Source of the DNA: Octopus bimaculoides
Taxonomy: Eukaryota
Assembly (NCBI RefSeq): GCF_001194135.2
Contig: NC_068986.1
Coordinates: 76,369,602-76,433,601 of the forward strand
DNA: 64,000 nucleotides
Reading direction: 5' to 3'
Below the pieces are notes generated by a model. It saw only the letters and a program-made list of their open reading frames with translations, had not been told where the DNA came from and searched no databases. Each line of letters starts with the position of its first letter. Within the stretch, counting starts at the first letter, position 1. Shown piece by piece: positions 62,250 to 64,000 of this stretch. A program made the position numbers and the translations under genes.

Positions 62250-63075
62250 GTACTTGTTTCAGTCATTTGGTTGCAGCCATGCTGGAGCACTGCCTTGAAG
62301 GGTTCTAGTTGAAGGAATCAACCCCAGTACTTATTTTTTTAAAAATCTGGTATTTATTCTGTTGATCTTTTTTTTGCCAAACTGCCAAGTTAGGAAGACA
62401 TAAACTAACCAACACTGGTTGTCAAACAGTGGTGGATGACAAACACGGGGACACACACATACACATGCACATACGTATATGCATATACATATATGTGTGC
62501 ACACACATCATCATCATTTAGCGTTTGCTTTCCATGATGGCATGGGTTAGACGGTTTGACTGAAACTGGTAAGCTGGAGGGCTACACCAGCTTCCAGTCC
62601 AATTTGGTATGATTTCTATGGCTGGATGCCCTTCTTAACGCCAACCACTCCAAGAGTGCAATGGGTGCTTTTTACATGCCACTGGCACAGGTACCAGTTA
62701 CATGACACTAGCATCGGCTATGACTATTTCACTTGGCTTGACAGGTCTTCTCAAGCATAGCATGTTGCCAGAGGTCTTGGTCACTTATCATTGCCTCCGT
62801 GAGACCCAATGTTCAAAGAGACTTCTCAATATATATATCTATATATATATCTTTATCTTTTACTTGTTTCAGTCATTTGACTGCAGCCATGCTGGAGCAC
62901 CGCCTTGAACGATTTTAGTCAAACAAATCAATCCCATGACTTATTTTTTTAAAGCCTTGTACTTATTCCATTGGTCTCCTTTGCCGAACTACTAAGTTAT
63001 GAGGATGTACACAGCAACACTGGTTGTCAAATGGTGGTGGTGGTGGTGGGGGAAAACATAGACACAAAGAGACAC
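62250..63075 (-). mobile_element. Cluster: SINE C 3' half (~62250-62460), SINE A (~62506-62818), SINE C 3' half (~62850-63075)
   Basis: Reverse-complement matches to the family motifs described above. Confidence 0.8.
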
Positions 63076-63705
63076 ACACATAGATATATACATATATATA
63101 TATATATATNNNNNNNNNNNNNNNNNNNNNNNNNNNNNNNNNNNNNNNNNNNNNNNNNNNNNNNNNNNNNNNNNNNNNNNNNNNNNNNNNNNNNNNNNNN
63201 NNNNNNNNNNNNNNNNNNNNNNNNNNNNNNNNNNNNNNNNNNNNNNNNNNNNNNNNNNNNNNNNNNNNNNNNNNNNNNNNNNNNNNNNNNNNNNNNNNNN
63301 NNNNNNNNNNNNNNNNNNNNNNNNNNNNNNNNNNNNNNNNNNNNNNNNNNNNNNNNNNNNNNNNNNNNNNNNNNNNNNNNNNNNNNNNNNNNNNNNNNNN
63401 NNNNNNNNNNNNNNNNNNNNNNNNNNNNNNNNNNNNNNNNNNNNNNNNNNNNNNNNATATATATTACAGTTACGTTGAAACAAGTGATACAAGAAAGTGC
63501 AGCATTCACGACTAAACATTTGTGGAGTAAATGATGAGCTAATTTGACTAAGCAACATACCATGCGTCCATTTGGAGTATTCCAAGCCCTAACCTGTCAT
63601 GGAAAATTGGGGGTGGGTGGGGTATGTGGTTTTTGAATGCACCAAAAAGCTGTCAGTGGATATACTCTCCTTTGTGGCAGTCGGCACTGCATCTTACACG
63701 ACCCA

Positions 63706-63999
63706 TCATCTGAAGTTTTGACACCTCCTTTGGGTTTGTTGTCCTTTCTCACTCATAAAGTAAATTTGGAGGAACTGTGGTTGTTCATTTGTGAGTAACA
63801 GGGAACCAATGATGTGATAGCCTTGCCTTTGAACTTTGAACATCGACGTAAATCCATGTTCAATTATCTCCTTAGATGCACCAAACGATGTCCTTTGAAA
63901 TGCAGAATTGTACTGTGTGATATTGTTCAGGAAATCTTTTGACTGGATGGAAGTGCCTTCCAGAAATCCATAAGAGGTTGGGGAGGAGCTGGCAATGTT
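63706..63999 (-). mobile_element. Helitron RepHel fragment, running in from the window edge
   Basis: 97 open codons: ...QSKDFLNNITQYNSAFQRTSFGASKEIIEHGFTSMFKVQRQGYHIIGSLLLTNEQPQFLQIYFM..., matching the conserved Helitron pattern FL.NIR.YNSAFQMTSFGA...FKVQGQVYH.IGSLL...FLQIYF. Confidence 0.8.
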
Positions 64000-64000
64000 A

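Overview
AT-rich, repeat-dense animal genomic DNA with six N-gaps. It is inferred to be Octopus or another coleoid cephalopod from the SINE repertoire, the microsatellites and the 5S sequence. Bases 1-26.4 kb hold the last six coding exons of SMG6 (EST1A, the NMD endonuclease) on the + strand: 1382-1564, 3178-3306, 18900-19050, 22346-22557, 23447-23528 and 26275-26405. They splice in frame (888 nt, 295 aa plus stop) and encode an intact PIN domain. A SINE-free stretch that may be a long 3'UTR follows to about 33.3 kb. A likely first coding exon of a PDZ-domain gene (SYNJ2BP-like) sits at 48555-48621 in a CpG-retaining region. The rest is transposon material: several tRNA-derived SINE families, RTE, CR1/L2 and R4-like LINE fragments, mariner and maT DNA transposons, piggyBac-like MITEs, and Helitron and Penelope-like remnants. 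The most interesting observations are: (1) a diverged, in-frame duplicate of the SMG6 coiled-coil exon at 7691-7762, with a candidate poison micro-exon just downstream; (2) a hammerhead ribozyme with a consensus core on the sense strand of an SMG6 intron (19907-19962), plus a decayed antisense one; (3) a 5S rRNA-oligo(A)-SINE chimera (57047-57334); (4) an inverted pair of young SINEs bracketing three PIN exons; (5) a ~150-bp fold-back hairpin. All coordinates were read by eye. Repeat boundaries are approximate unless a TSD or TIR is quoted.
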